A stretch of 64,000 bases of DNA from Lama glama (taxonomy: Eukaryota): the NCBI GenBank assembly GCA_028534125.1, contig CM052816.1, positions 45,138,001-45,202,000 on the forward strand, given 5' to 3'. The position numbers and the translations under genes were made by a program. Within the stretch, counting starts at the first letter, position 1, and every line of letters begins with the position of its first letter. A model generated the notes under the pieces. That model was not told the DNA's origin, did not search any database, and saw only the letters and a program-made list of their open reading frames with translations. Shown one piece after another: positions 34,886 to 47,790 of this stretch.

Positions 34886-37800
34886 GTTGCTGACTTGCTG
34901 TTGACTTGTTTTCCTTGTTAATGAAACCAAACCTCCTCTCTCATTTACCCTAGATTAGGAAGCTTCCATTCCTAGAAATATCAAGAAGCCTGTCTTGATT
35001 ACCTTATATTCTAGGACTTAGCCTCTGCCTTGACTGTGTGTATGCCTTCTCAATGACTATAATCTCTCCTTGACACCAGCCTGATGGTGAGATTTTGCTG
35101 ACGGACTGCCCTGATCTTATTTTGCCATGCACATGTTACATTTGTGTGCTGCCCTTTTTAGACTTCTTGTCCCTGGGCTCCTGCCACCTAACCACTAGCA
35201 CATCCCAGAACTTTTTTCTGGATATCCTTGACACCTGTTGACTCTAAATACACATATTGGGCACAAAGTTCCACCCACCTGACTAGACTTCCTAGTACTT
35301 CTAATTGGACTCTCACCCCAAATACTGCCCCAACTGTATGTATCAGGTTTATCCATTAAATCAATATTTGTGGAGCATTCACCAAATCCAACAACTGTGG
35401 CTCTGTCCTCACAATTTACAGAACAGCTGGGACGGGGGAGAAGAAAGGGTGTGATAAGTGCAGTGACAGCAGCAGTCCGAGGCTGTGATCCTCCCTATAT
35501 CCTCTTTTCTCATTAAAGCTTAACGCTTTAATATTTGTCTATGTCACAAAGTCGGATCATTGTTTAAAATGTTTTAATTTGGGGGGGTGTGGCATGGAAG
35601 ATGGTTACGGACTACATTAAGTTTGTTGGATACTCGTGTTTTGCCCCACACAACTTGAAGGATTTGGACTATTAATTTTGTTGTGATAATTTTACACAGT
35701 TCATTTCATACTCCTTGGCACAGTGCAAGCACACTCTCAATGCTATTTTGGGATCATCTTGATGAATGTAAAGTGAACACCTTATTTTTCCTTAGAAACA
35801 ATTTTGTATGCTGTGTAGATGAGGTGCCCTTTGGCTCTCTAAGAACTAACGAATCTAGCTCCATCTGTCATCTTTGATGAAGCCTTTACAGGTATGTGTG
35901 CAAACAAGTCTCAAAGAGCAAAGGAATTTGATGGCCTATCCAGCAATCTGCATTATGGAGCAATCAGTGAGAATGTTATCTCAGCTACACTTGTACCATC
36001 TTCCCTTGGTTGTGCTTATCAGTCCTGACTCTCCTCTGTGCCTTCCTAATTGTCTGTCTTTGTGTTTTCTGTGGCTGCCAGCAGCTTTATATTACCTACC
36101 GGAGGAATGAAAATGACTGATTCTACCAGAGGCAATTTGGGAAGTTATGTATGGTTCACAGGGGTGACGGTGATGATGGTGATGATTGCTGATCTTGTTA
36201 TCTTAGCGTTTTACAGAGTTCAGAAGTAATTGGCTGCCTCCTGGCCATTTTACGTATGACCATTTAACCTTGAAGTTGTCCAGTTTGCTTTGTGGTGATC
36301 AGGACTGGCCTAGCAAGAATTACAGAGGAGAGAAACTTTCGGTTTAGTAAATTTGTCTCCTCTATTATGGATCTAGTTTCCTTGTGTTGGTTTCCTAGGG
36401 TGCCCTCTGCTGGGCTCCAACTAGGAATTCTGATTCTGGCCAATAGCCCATGAAGCCCATGCTTCAATGCCCATTAAAAACTTACCTTTTTATGTCACAT
36501 ATCATCAGAATCCTAGCATTTGTTTTCCAAGCTGACAATTAATAGCTGTCAACAAGTAATGTATTTTATTGTATAAATGGGAAAAAAACAACGCTCTTTC
36601 CAGATCACTTAAATTTACACTTCCACAGTGACTTTGTAGAGATAACACTCCTACTTAGGGTCTAATTCAATGGTAGGAATGGAGGCCTGGCATATGGGGA
36701 AGGCTACGCTCTGAGAAATCAAAGGGGAAAATATTTTCCAACAGGCAAGACCTAACAGCTTACCTAAAATTAAACTGTGTGGGCAGCTGTCTACTTTAGC
36801 TATCTACATGGTCCACCCCCATGGAGGTAATTTTCACTCTACTAACAGGAAAAGAATGAACAACATTTTTTTTTACAACATTGTTTTCTTTTAAGTTTTT
36901 ATGAAGAATGCCTTGAGCTCTTTTAGAGGGTACTGTCTAAATCCTAGTAACAGTTAAGTATATGGCATTGTTTGGTAGATTAGTTTGTCCATAAAGATGT
37001 GTAGAGAGAGTATATTCATTGGCATGACCTCTGTTGCCCTGTGTCCTTTCTTGTCTACTGAAATCAGTTGGGCAATCCCTGTCTGTAAGCACATTTCCCA
37101 AGAACTGGTTAGAGCCAGTCTTCATAAGAGGAACCTATTATGAAACCAGCACCAGAGTATATTTACTTTGTTGAAGATCTCTGAAAGATGCACTTGCTTT
37201 AAAATAGGATTGCTTTCTTTTAGTCCCCATCTAGCGCCCTGAACACCAGAGACCCTTGGGGCTCAGTTAGAAGGAGAAAGAGAAGAGATGAGGGCTGGGC
37301 CTGCTCTGCTTTTTAAACTTTCTCATTGTTTAAGCTGGTATTTTCATAGCTCTTCAATGCACATGTTTCATGAAGATCAGCTAAATTCATAACATATTAT
37401 CAAGTGAATAATGTGCCTGAGATTGGGTATGTAGAAAACAGCATCAATTTTTTGAAGGCTCACTTTTTTTCTTAAAACATAACGTGAATTTTCCATCTTT
37501 CTCTTTAACATATTCACGTTTACGACAAAAACAACATGTAGGTTGCTTTCCAGATAAGTAATTCAATCTTCAGTTAAATAAATGATCCAGTAATAAGTAT
37601 CACCTTTAACTTGTGGCTCCTGATTTAAAACTGTGTATCCCCAGAGTTCTATGTAATCAAATTGGAGAAGGACGAACTCAGAAGAAGCATGAGGGAGAGG
37701 ATCTAGTCAGGGAAGAATGCATCTATTAATGGTCAATCAGCTGGTAAGGAGTTTTCTTATGGATGCCACTCTCAGGGAAACAGTGCCTTTTGATGATAAG

Positions 37801-38499
37801 ATCTAGTGCATAGTTGAAACTTGAGATATTAGAAGTGTCTAGATAGCAATGGAGCTGAAGAGAGAGTACATTCAAATACAGAGTCTTCAAGATGGATGGG
37901 GAAGAGGCAGAAATGTGATTTAACCAGCACACATGTCCTAAGTACCTTATACCCCTATAGCAACTGTGGATGCACGAAGTAAATGGCATGACAAATAAAT
38001 AAGGAAGAAAATTCAAATTAACTTGTGCATGATAGCATCTTCTGTTTCCTTTCTGAAATTTTAAAGTAACTATGTATTATCTTAAAAGTGCTATATATAT
38101 TTTTTATCACTAAAAATAATTTATAAAAAATAAATATATTTTTTATATTTATTATCTGGAATATATTCATTCTAGAGGTTAATTTGTCTACAGGTTATTT
38201 GAAACTCAAAGCATGCTTTCTAATAGAAAGAGTCTTATTAGCAGTGAATTTTTCATGCCAGTCCCCAAAGTGTATTTAACACGGAAAGAATTTGGAATAG
38301 GTAAGGGGTAAGAAGACCTGAGTATCAGCACTTTTTTCATAAGCACAATTTGATGCAAGTGATCTGACCAATACTGTGAGAAACACTATTATGAGAGGTT
38401 GAAGATTTTTGTGATAAGTACAGGAGACTGGGGACCATGGCTGAAAGCCTTGGGCAGGGTTCCCAAGGGGTGCCCTCTCTGCTACCTGGTGCCTCTCCA

Positions 38500-38985
38500 C
38501 ACATCCAACAAGATAAGTTATTTGGCAATTAGGTGAAAACTGATGGAACCGTGGGTGGACACCTGACCTAAAGTAGGTCAACCAGATATTTTAACTTAAG
38601 GATTTGCAAATGGGGACAGAAGCACCAGTTAACCCTGTTGGTTATTTGAAATGAAGATATTTCCAGGGACTACAGGGAGCCAGTCCTGTCAAGGAAATGG
38701 ACAAGCAGTGGGCTGGCATACATAGAAAAAGAAGGAGAACCACAGAGAGAGAGAGAAGAAGAAGAAGAGATGAGGAACCATGTGTTGAGGGTGGAGAGGG
38801 AGAGAGACAGAGCAAAAGCAAACAAGATAACCAGAAGGAGAGAATTTTCCTTGGAGCCTGTCAATTGGCTGCTGTAGCTACCAGTCCCTCCTGTGGTCTG
38901 TGTTTGCTGAGATATTTTCTATGTCCTTCCAAGTAATTCCTCTTTTTCACTTAAGCTAATGTGAATGTGTTCCTGAGTGAGGGGA
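38500..38985 (+). mobile_element. Ancient MaLR/ERVL LTR (MLT1L/M-like)
   Basis: 'ctgatggaaccgtgggtggacacctgacctaaagtaggtcaaccaga' and the 3' end 'aagtaattcctctttttcacttaagctaatgtgaatg'. Confidence 0.55.
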
Positions 38986-40029
38986 CAACCAAGAGTCTGG
39001 GAGAGGACAAGACATGAGATGTATCTTATTCTCTCCCCTGCATCTTTCCTTCCCCACTCTCTTTCTTCTTTTCTCCAATTCCTTGATCCTTTTCCCCCCT
39101 TGATCCTTTTGATGCTCTTCCTTTTCTGCTTTTAACATCCTTCCCTCCAAAGAGGAAGAGGACCTCCTTTCCTTTTTCCACCTCTGTTCCTCTCCAAGTC
39201 TTGATCATTTTCTGCCCTAAATAGAAACAAATGGCTAGGATGGAGGGGAGCAGAGCAGAGGGACACTCCTAGGACCACCTGCACACACATAAGAAGGTGG
39301 CCACTTGCACTGAAATATCATCCGTGGAAGAAAAATTAGCCCACTCTCTAAGTACACTGAATTTAAGAAGCAGCTTCAGGCCGCCTTGACAGTATTTATA
39401 TGTAACAAATAAAAAACGCTTATTACTCTCTTTGAAATTTAACCTTTTGTAATGTTTTACTCGATGAAACCCTTCTCTGGCTCAATCAGCTTCAGTTACA
39501 CCAACTGGCCTTTAAAAATTAGATGCTCTTCATTGAACTGAGAGAAAAAGAATTGCAGATGAAGAATAAAGGTCTAGATTTGTTATTAACTTGAAGTATA
39601 ATAGGTCATACATAAGATTTATGACTTGATATCATAAAAATCCTCACCAGGCTATGAGGGCTGAGCTAAAAATGCTCCAGTTTTGGCTTGGGTTATTTTT
39701 ATGAAGCCTTGGGCTGAGTCGTAATCTCACCTGATCAAGGCCGACAACATATTTGCCTTAGAAGGACCTGGGGCAGGTTTCCCTCCCTGCTTTTGTGTGG
39801 GAACAGGAAAAATGTAGTTAAATAGAAGCCAGCATAGAAAACAACTTTGAAGCTACCTCAGCTCTGCTGCTCACTGGCTAGGGGAGTCAGAATAATTCAT
39901 GATTCTTCTGGGTCTAAATTTTCTCCTTTTATAAAATGTAAAATCCTTTCTACAAACAAAGCCACAATTGGTACTTTGTGGATATGATGAAGGTAGACTG
40001 CCCCAGGCCGGGTGGACAAGGCCAGAATT

Positions 40030-40151
40030 CCTCCCTCCCCAACCCCCATCTCCCACCCTCCCCGCCCCCCCCCCAGTTCCCGCCCTCCCCCCCCACTTCC
40101 CCTCCCCTTGCCCCACTACTCCACCCAGCCCACCCAACCTGCCTCCACCCC
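40030..40151 (-). repeat. C-rich low-complexity tract (G-quadruplex potential on - strand, i-motif on + strand)
   Basis: More than a dozen runs of 3 or more C within about 120 bp. Confidence 0.85.
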
Positions 40152-40650
40152 TGGGGACTCCCACGAACTCTGAGGGTTTTGTGGAGCACACATGGAAATT
40201 CCCCAGACTACATAATCCCCACAATTGCTTCAAGCTCACTAATTCTCCAGCTCTGTGAGGTCTTTAATGAAAACTCTACAGGAGAAGAGAAAAACAAGTC
40301 TTTTTGCTCCACTTAGTGTTTGTCAAGGCTCTCTGATGACGATGATAGTTATGATTTAAAGGACCAGATGATGTGGGAAATCAGATTTTGCTTGAAGCTG
40401 CCATTTTAATTGCTAGATATCACATTGTGTATGTGTTTGTTGAAAAGAGAAGATCCCTCACATATTTGCATTTAGATGGAACTTCAGGGGAAAAGAATGT
40501 ACTCATAAACAGTTGACATTGACCTTCCAGTCAAAGCCAAGTGCTCTACCTTGATTGACAGATATGTCTCTTCTAAGAGTTCAGTAGCAGTTGCTGGGAA
40601 GGTGATTGCAATTAAGAAACACCCTCTAGAAAATTAGCAGTGATGGTAGT

Positions 40651-41112
40651 TGTATTCATTTGCTGGCACTGCTGTAACAAAGTGCTACCAACTGAGTAGC
40701 TTAAACAAACAGAAAAATAGTCTCACAGTTCTAGAGGTTAGAAGTCTGAGGTGAAGGTTTGGCAGTGCTGGTTCCTTCTGAGGGCTGTGAGGGAGAATCT
40801 GTTCCATGCCTCCTCTCTAGCTCTGGTGGCTTGCTTGCTGGCCCTCTTTGGCATTCCTTGACTTCTGCATCACCCTAATCTCTGTCTTCATCTTTGCATG
40901 TCATTCTCCCTGTGTGCCTTTGGCCAGATGTCCCTCTTAATAGGAACACTGGTCCTACTGGGTCAGGGTCCACCCTACTCCAACATGACCTCATCTTAAC
41001 TAATTACATCTGCAACCAATGACCTTATTTTCAAATAAGGTCACACTCTGAGGTACCTGGGGTAAGGATTTCATCCTTTGAATTTTTAAAGGACATAATT
41101 CAACCAATAACA
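40651..41112 (-). mobile_element. MLT1C-like MaLR solo LTR, full length
   Basis: TG...CA termini, 462 bp, TSD gtagt (40646-40650) / gcagt (41113-41117), and 'ggttccttctgagggctgtgagggagaatctgttccatgcctc'. Confidence 0.88.
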
Positions 41113-41559
41113 GCAGTATTTGTGGAGTTCAGATGAGTTAGCCTCCCAATTTAGCCTTATTTCGAGGAAACACTTAGAAATAATCTCCCTATTTGGATTA
41201 GACTGTCTTCTGTTAAAGACCAAATTCTGATCCCAAAGGCCCTTACTAGCTGAAGAGGGATGATGGGATGGAAGTGCACAGGCCCCACTTACAACAGTTT
41301 TGAGAATCATTTTAATGATATTTTCATGACTTTTGCTACGATAGCACACACTGTTATTATTTATTTTACATTTTTCTTAAATGTAAAAAACAATTTTTTC
41401 AAGATAATTGGATAGAAGACTTTTATGTGGACTTTTGGTCTAAGTATTCTTAAAAAACCACTAGAGGTACTAGGTTAAAAATATAATAAATATCCTTTAA
41501 AATGCATAGATGATCTCATAGGAAAATAAGATAAATCTCCAGGGTTCAGAAAGAACTTG

Positions 41560-42242
41560 TGGATCCATCCACTGCTTTCTGTCTCCCCTGTATGCCTCTG
41601 TCAAGCCACCACCATCTTTTACTCTGGACCACTGTAAAAGATCCTGTCTCCTCTAACAACTCTTACCTCCTCCAAACCACTCGCCTACTTGCAGCCAGAA
41701 TGAGCTAAAATTTTTTAATGTAAATTTTAAAATACAAACAAAATCAATTAATTTCCCTGTTTAAATCCCTTCTATGATCTGCCATTGCTATTAGAATAAA
41801 GACCAAAATGTTATGGCCCTGCCTACCCCTCCAGCATAGCCAGATTCCAGTTATACTGGTTTTCTCTAGGACTCAGAGCAAAGAGATTCCTCTGCTCGAG
41901 ACATACCCCACTCTGCTCTCTCCTGCCTCACCTTTCTTAGTTAATTCCAACTCATCCTTCAGAGCTCTACTCAATGACACATCATTTTAGAGCCTTTCCC
42001 TGATCCTCCCGAACCAAGAGACTCTCTTGATTATATTCTATCAGTTTCCTGTACTTCTTCCTAGTGTTTGTCATAATTCCAATTAAATAAATAATTTAGG
42101 ATTTCACAGTTTCATTAATGTCTCTCCTGCTACAATTTAATCTCCATGAAGGGAAGGACTGTATCTACCTTATTTCTATAATATTCCCTGAACGTAGTAT
42201 GGTATCTTCCACAGATGATTAAAAATATGTTGAGGGAATGAC
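41560..42242 (+). mobile_element. L2 3' portion
   Basis: 'caagccaccaccatc..ctctggaccactgtaa...ctccatgaagggaaggactgtatct...aaatatgttgagggaatga'. Confidence 0.8.
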
Positions 42243-43169
42243 CTATATATACGTGAGAGTAGAATTAATATTAACTTCTCTCTACCTCACTCCTTATATT
42301 CCACCCACTAAAGATTTTAAGAGTAGTATCAGCCTGTTAACAAGTTTTCTTTTAGCCTTTCTTACAATGCCTATATAAAGAAGTTTTACTTCACACATCC
42401 CAACAAAATTTTATTACTCTTCTGCAATTTGAAAGAAATACCCAGGGCAATATACTTCACATACTTCTAATTGTTGCCAGGGACCTATAATTTTAAGCTC
42501 TTGTTTAAAATTATCATGAGAGAGTATCAGTCCAAATACATAAGTAAATTTAATTATTTAGGTTTTTCTCTGGCTAATGGTTGTGGTTAATACAATTGAC
42601 TTTATCTTTACCTGAAACAAGTGCGTGGTTGTATTTGAAACATTAATTTTTGCATTATAAACAAATTGTACGTGTGTGTGTGCACACATGTGACCAGCTC
42701 CCCGATCTAGCACAGCCTAGTTTACTAAGGATTTCCCTTGTCTATAGTCCCCTTATTTTATCAATTCAGATAGAAGATTTGAGATCTTTAAAACTAGTGA
42801 CAATGGAAGAAGCAATCCTACAGAAACAGAAGCTGAATGCATGTCAAGTGAGCTTTGGAATTAAATAAGGCATTTTCATGTTTAATAATTATAATTAATG
42901 CAAAAGACATTCTTCAGCATATAAATAACCTGTTTTCTCAATGTAGTAGTTTTTCTTTGTGTAAGTGAGAATCAAGTAACCTCCGTCCCGTACATTATGC
43001 TAGTGATGTGCCTGAGACTGTTTACAAGTCAGCATTCGTGTAGACTGTTTCATGCTAAGTTATTTGCCCACAGATTAGCATCAGCAACCAGAGGAGTGCA
43101 GGAGTTTTTAATGCATGTCATCTTCAGTGTATAAGATAGTCAGCAAAGGGCCAGGTCCTGAATTTAAAG

Positions 43170-43365
43170 CTTTTCCTCAATTATCTCATCTTACTCTCAA
43201 ACTGTTTGCAGCGCAGTGGGTCTTTTTATTATACCTTCATTATCCTCATTTCCTGAAGCTTGGAGAGATTAAGTAACTTTCCAAACATCAGACATTTAGT
43301 GTATGTTAGAGTCTGGAAGCAAACTCAGTTTATGTGATTCCAAAGCCCCATTTTTAACCACTACA
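43170..43365 (-). mobile_element. MIR SINE
   Basis: 'gaagcttggagagattaagtaactttccaaacatcagaca...tgattccaaagccc..ttaaccactacac'. Confidence 0.75.
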
Positions 43366-43482
43366 CTTCAGTGCTTGTATATAAAAAGCTCTAAATCACC
43401 TACTATTCAGGTACATGAAATTTATAACTATGATACTTTAAAAAAATTGAATTAATCTATAAGTAAGTAGAAAGGTGAATAT

Positions 43483-43583
43483 TGATTTATTGTAATTTTT
43501 TTTAGTGGAGGTACTAGGGGTTGAACCCAGGATTCTCCTACATGCTAAGCAAACACTCTGCTGCTGAGCTATACCCACGCCCC
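43483..43583 (-). mobile_element. Vic-1-type SINE
   Basis: 'tggaggtactaggggttgaacccagga...catgctaagcaaacactctgctgctgagctataccc' with a T-rich tail. Confidence 0.88.
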
Positions 43584-44709
43584 TAGATGAATTCAATTTT
43601 GTACTTAGTAAGATTACACTGCTTGTGCCAGAACTGAGAGAAGAACTCGGGTGTCCTGATTTCCATCCCAATGTTTTTCCGCATGATGTTACACTACTTC
43701 CAGTTATAGAGCTTATTCACGTGCATTTGAGTTGTGACCTAAACTAAAGCAGTATTACAGGGCTTTGTGTTTCAAGAGGGTCTATATACCAAAAATTTCA
43801 AAAAAAAAAAATTTCCTTGTTAAAGTTTGTCTTATATGGTTAACAGGAGGCTGATTTTTGAAAGTGCTCCTTCCTAAAACACTGATCGTGATCTTAAAGA
43901 AAGACATCTTCTGGGACTAAGACCTCAACCTCAGAACTTTAGACCCACCAAAGTTATCAGCAGTCTGTTTATGTTTTCCCCCTCTCTCATGCCAGAGAAA
44001 GGACCGCTAGCAAGAAATCACACTCTAGTTCATTATACCTAACTTTTCTACTCCTTATTGCACACGGTAGAAGTAAGCAGAAGAAGACCATTACATAGCA
44101 GCAACAGAGTAAATTCCTATTTCAGATTTTATTTTTTAATCTGAAAAGTTAACTTTCTCTTCCACAATTTAAAAAAGAGCTAAATATCTCCCTGCCTGGA
44201 GTTTCCAAATTTTGATCCATAGATCACATGTTACTTGAGATTTATATATATCATGACCTTCCTTTTGGCAAATCTCATAGAACCTGCAAATTTTTAAAAA
44301 TTACCAAAGATAGTACCTCTTGTTAGAAATCCTAGTTATACTCTCTCAAAACCCTTTAATAACCAACAAACACAGCTTGGTGGTGGAATAATTAAGTGTA
44401 ATATTTGAAGTATATTTATCAGACTTGATAACTTTTAGGAATATGATGAATCTGTTTTTCCTCAGGTTATTTTATTTCAAGAAGAACAACTCAGAACTTT
44501 TCATTGTTCTACACATACCGATTTTCCAATTGCTTAATAATCTCTACTGGCTCTTCTCTGAACCTCTCTAGACTCTCCATGGGCTTGTATGCATGATTAT
44601 TGTACTAGTCTGCTCAGGGCTGAGAACTGGAAGCTCTGTTACCTTTCATTCACTCCCCCATTCAGCCTTCTCTGTCAGGCCTATGATGGGCCCTGGTGAT
44701 AAAGACGAA

Positions 44710-45100
44710 AAGCAGTGTCTAACTCTAGCAGAGCCTGGGTGACTGTTCCCCAGGTGATTTGCTCTTCCTCCTGGGTGCACAGCTTGATCACTTTTCCCAG
44801 CCCTCTCATTAGGTGTGGCCATGTGCCCGAGCCCAGGGGCTGGTGGGCAGTCATGTGTGACACTGGCAGGCCTGACCCATCACACTTCCTTCCTCTTTCT
44901 CAGAGTAAACATGTATTGAAACCAGCTGAGCTGCAAGATAGAACTTGACTCCCCGATTCCTGCTTGGAGAAGAGCCACTTGACAATGGGTGTCATCTGTT
45001 TGGGGACTTCTTACAGGCAAAAAATAAACCTCTGTGGCATTAAACTACTTAGATGCAGGAGCTTCTCTCCTCCAATAGCTAGTCATGCCCTCGTTAACAC
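44710..45100 (+). mobile_element. MLT1I/J-like MaLR LTR
   Basis: 'ttttcccagccctctcattaggtgtggccatgtg...aaataaacctctgtggcattaaactactta...gttaacaca'. Confidence 0.65.
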
Positions 45101-45139
45101 ACTGCACTTAAAAGCAAACAGGAAAATACATTTAAAAAC

Positions 45140-46760
45140 CACTATACAGTACAGTGCTTTGATGGTAAAACATGCTCTGATCCAAGTACAGAGGATGGCC
45201 TGGGGATTCCAGGATAAAGGAGGTAACATCTGAACTGAATTTTGAGGGCTAAGTAAATGTCAGGCAAGCTAAATAGGGAAAGAGTGTTCAAGACAAACTT
45301 GTATGTACAAGGCCCCTAGGCAAGAAAGAGTAATGTCAAAGGGTTAGAAGATGTTTGGGGTAGGTTAAATGCTGACTTACTCTAAGGAGACTGGTGAGAC
45401 AGGAGCCTGGAGAGGTGAAGAGGAGCCAGCTAATGAAGGAGGACAGGCAAAGATCAGGTGGGAAGATGGCATTCTGGGCAGGAAAAATAGAAAGTACCAA
45501 ACCCAGGGTTATTAGAAAGCATAGTGATCTCTGGAAATTTAAACACAAATTAGCAGAGATGGAGTGAAGTAGGAGTGGAAAATAAGATAGGTAAGAAGAT
45601 GAGCCTGGAGTGGAAGATGAGACCCTGTTCTCCTTACCCTGATTTTGAAGACAAAGTGCTATTAAAGAGATTTAAGCAGGGAAGTAATGGAAGGTATGTT
45701 CACCTTACAATATTCCTCTGGCAGGACATCATGTTGAAAACATTAGAGTTCAGGTAGTCTTTCAACATGGCGGTTTTTTTGTTTTGCTCCCCCAAATGTT
45801 ACTGTGATGAGTTTTCCCATTGAATTTTACCTTACCATTTGCTAAGAAATAGTTTCAATGCTCCTGGATCATCATTAGGATTGGGAAAGATGGGATTTGC
45901 GGGGACAAGTTAAGAGGGTATTGATATTGTTCAGAACGTTGGTAGTGAGAGTGTGAGCTAGGGCGAAGTCAGAGGCAAAAGAGAAGACGGGAAGAATTCA
46001 ACATACAGATTAAATAATTTAAAGAGGGACCTTAGGTGGAAGCAAGTATTGGGGATGACTTAAGTTCTTTATCTTTGATGAACAGAGAGATGGCAATGCT
46101 ATTCACCCAAGAAACACCCAAGAAAAAGGAAAAAGAAAAATGGGGACAGGACAGAAAATTTGGTTTTTGGAATACTGATTCTGAGGTGACCAAAGCACAT
46201 CCAAGTGGAAATGTTGAGCTTTCCTCTGGAAAGAAATACAGGCTCACAAAGATCAGAGAAAGGGAGCATAAATTGTGGCGTGACCACAGAGTATGGAAGT
46301 CCCAGCAGAAGCCTGAATGAAGGCAAGAGAGATTGTCCAGGGTGAGCAGAGAAGAGGGCCAAGTATGGAGGCTTAAGGGCCACTTACATTTCAGCACCCA
46401 GTTAAATAGAGAGACTAAGGGAGGAGGAGAAAATCCACTGAGGCAAGACCCTGAGTCCAGAGCAATGCTGTTAGGACAAGCAATCGAGCACTTGGAATGC
46501 TATAACAGTAAGGACCAGAGAGAGACTTCCGTACTTGCTAATACAAAAGTCCTTGGAGATCTTTCAGGGAAACGTTTATTAGAACGGGGGAAAGCTAGGC
46601 TAGGGTGAACGAGAGGAAAGTAGAGATGCAGAAGCATCAAAGATCACTATTCTTTCTAGATATTTCGCAAAACAGCTGGAGATAGAAAGAAATGTAGGAT
46701 AAAGGAAACATTCTCTTAGCAAGAAGAAACATTTGAAAATATCTCTAAGAATGGAGGATG
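45140..46760 (-). mobile_element. L2 fragment(s)
   Basis: Long purine-rich antisense L2 pattern, e.g. 'acatctgaactgaattttgaggg', 'tttaagcagggaagtaatgg', 'acatccaagtggaaatgttgag'. Confidence 0.7.
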
Positions 46761-47634
46761 GTAGTAATGAAGGCCAAGGCACTGAAGACGAAAAAGCCTG
46801 CTTTTAAGAGGCAACCTCTTAAATAAGCCGTGAGGTGTATGAGAGGCCTCTCTTTCCATTGCTCAGAATCCTTTTGGGAGCTTCCAGTACTTTGGCTCGG
46901 AAATGGAACCATTTCTAACAAAGGGTTCCACACAGACCGTCCCTTCTGCACTAAATATTCTGTGACCTTCAGAGCCAGTGGGACCACTAGCATTAAACTG
47001 AAAGAGGGGAAACACTCAATGCAGACAGAGCTGTAAACTCAACATATGCATTAAACTTTGACTTGATGGATATACCTGACGTATCAGAAAATACACGTAA
47101 TTTCTAAAGTTTGAAGTTAAATGAGTTTCATTAGCAGAAATAATCTTAGGAGACATTAATGTTGAAAGGACTGTTTTAGAGGCCAAACAGCACAGTTTCT
47201 TTTTGGTTGTTGTTGTTATTGTTTTGCTTTGTTTTATTTTGTTTTCTTTAATTCCCTCAAATCCCAGAAGATATGTATCCGAGGTACAAACCGAGAGTAT
47301 TTTATTTGTTTTGTCTTGGGAATTAATGGTGGAGAATACAAGCCTTTTCTCATGGGAAAAAATGTTTTTAGACTATCTGTGGTTACATGTTGCTTCATTC
47401 CTACTTTTGAACGGGTTCTCTAAGAACTTTGTATTGTAATTCATCATTTAAAGAAAATATTTTGTATTTCAATGCCACTAATTTTGTGCCACTTCAGCCA
47501 AGTCAATAAATAAACTAACTTTTCCTATTTTGTGTCTTCTGTGTGCTTAAAGTAAGTTTCTGCTACTTCCCTGCTTTGCTAAAGTAGACACTTAATCAGA
47601 TGGGTTTATTCTAGTTTTGAGTGCTTCCTAGAAC

Positions 47635-47790
47635 AAGAGGAGGCAGGGGATCTAGAGTCAGAGAATTCGGGTTTGAGTCCCAGCTCTATCTGATACTAAA
47701 CATGAATAGGTTCCCTGTTTGTATCACAGGAACAAATAAACTTCCTTATTTGGGGATAGTGAGATTATCTGTGAAAAAAGCCCATAGGAT
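47635..47790 (+). mobile_element. MIR fragment
   Basis: 'tagagtcagagaattcgggtttgagtcccagctctatc'. Confidence 0.55.

Noticed and set aside
38337..38528. Minus-strand ORF 'NNLSCWMCGEAPGSREGTPW', resembling a gamma-type Env SU CXXC motif (syncytin-like)
   Set aside because: Only 63 codons with a non-ATG start directly after a stop. There is no signal peptide, furin site or TM subunit, and it lies antisense to an adjacent MaLR-type LTR, a class that lacks env. Likely coincidental; tBLASTn against Env sequences would settle it.
39871..40316. Four overlapping Pro-rich or Gly-rich ORFs of 79-122 aa
   Set aside because: An artefact of the stop-free C-rich tract, which is open in several frames on both strands.
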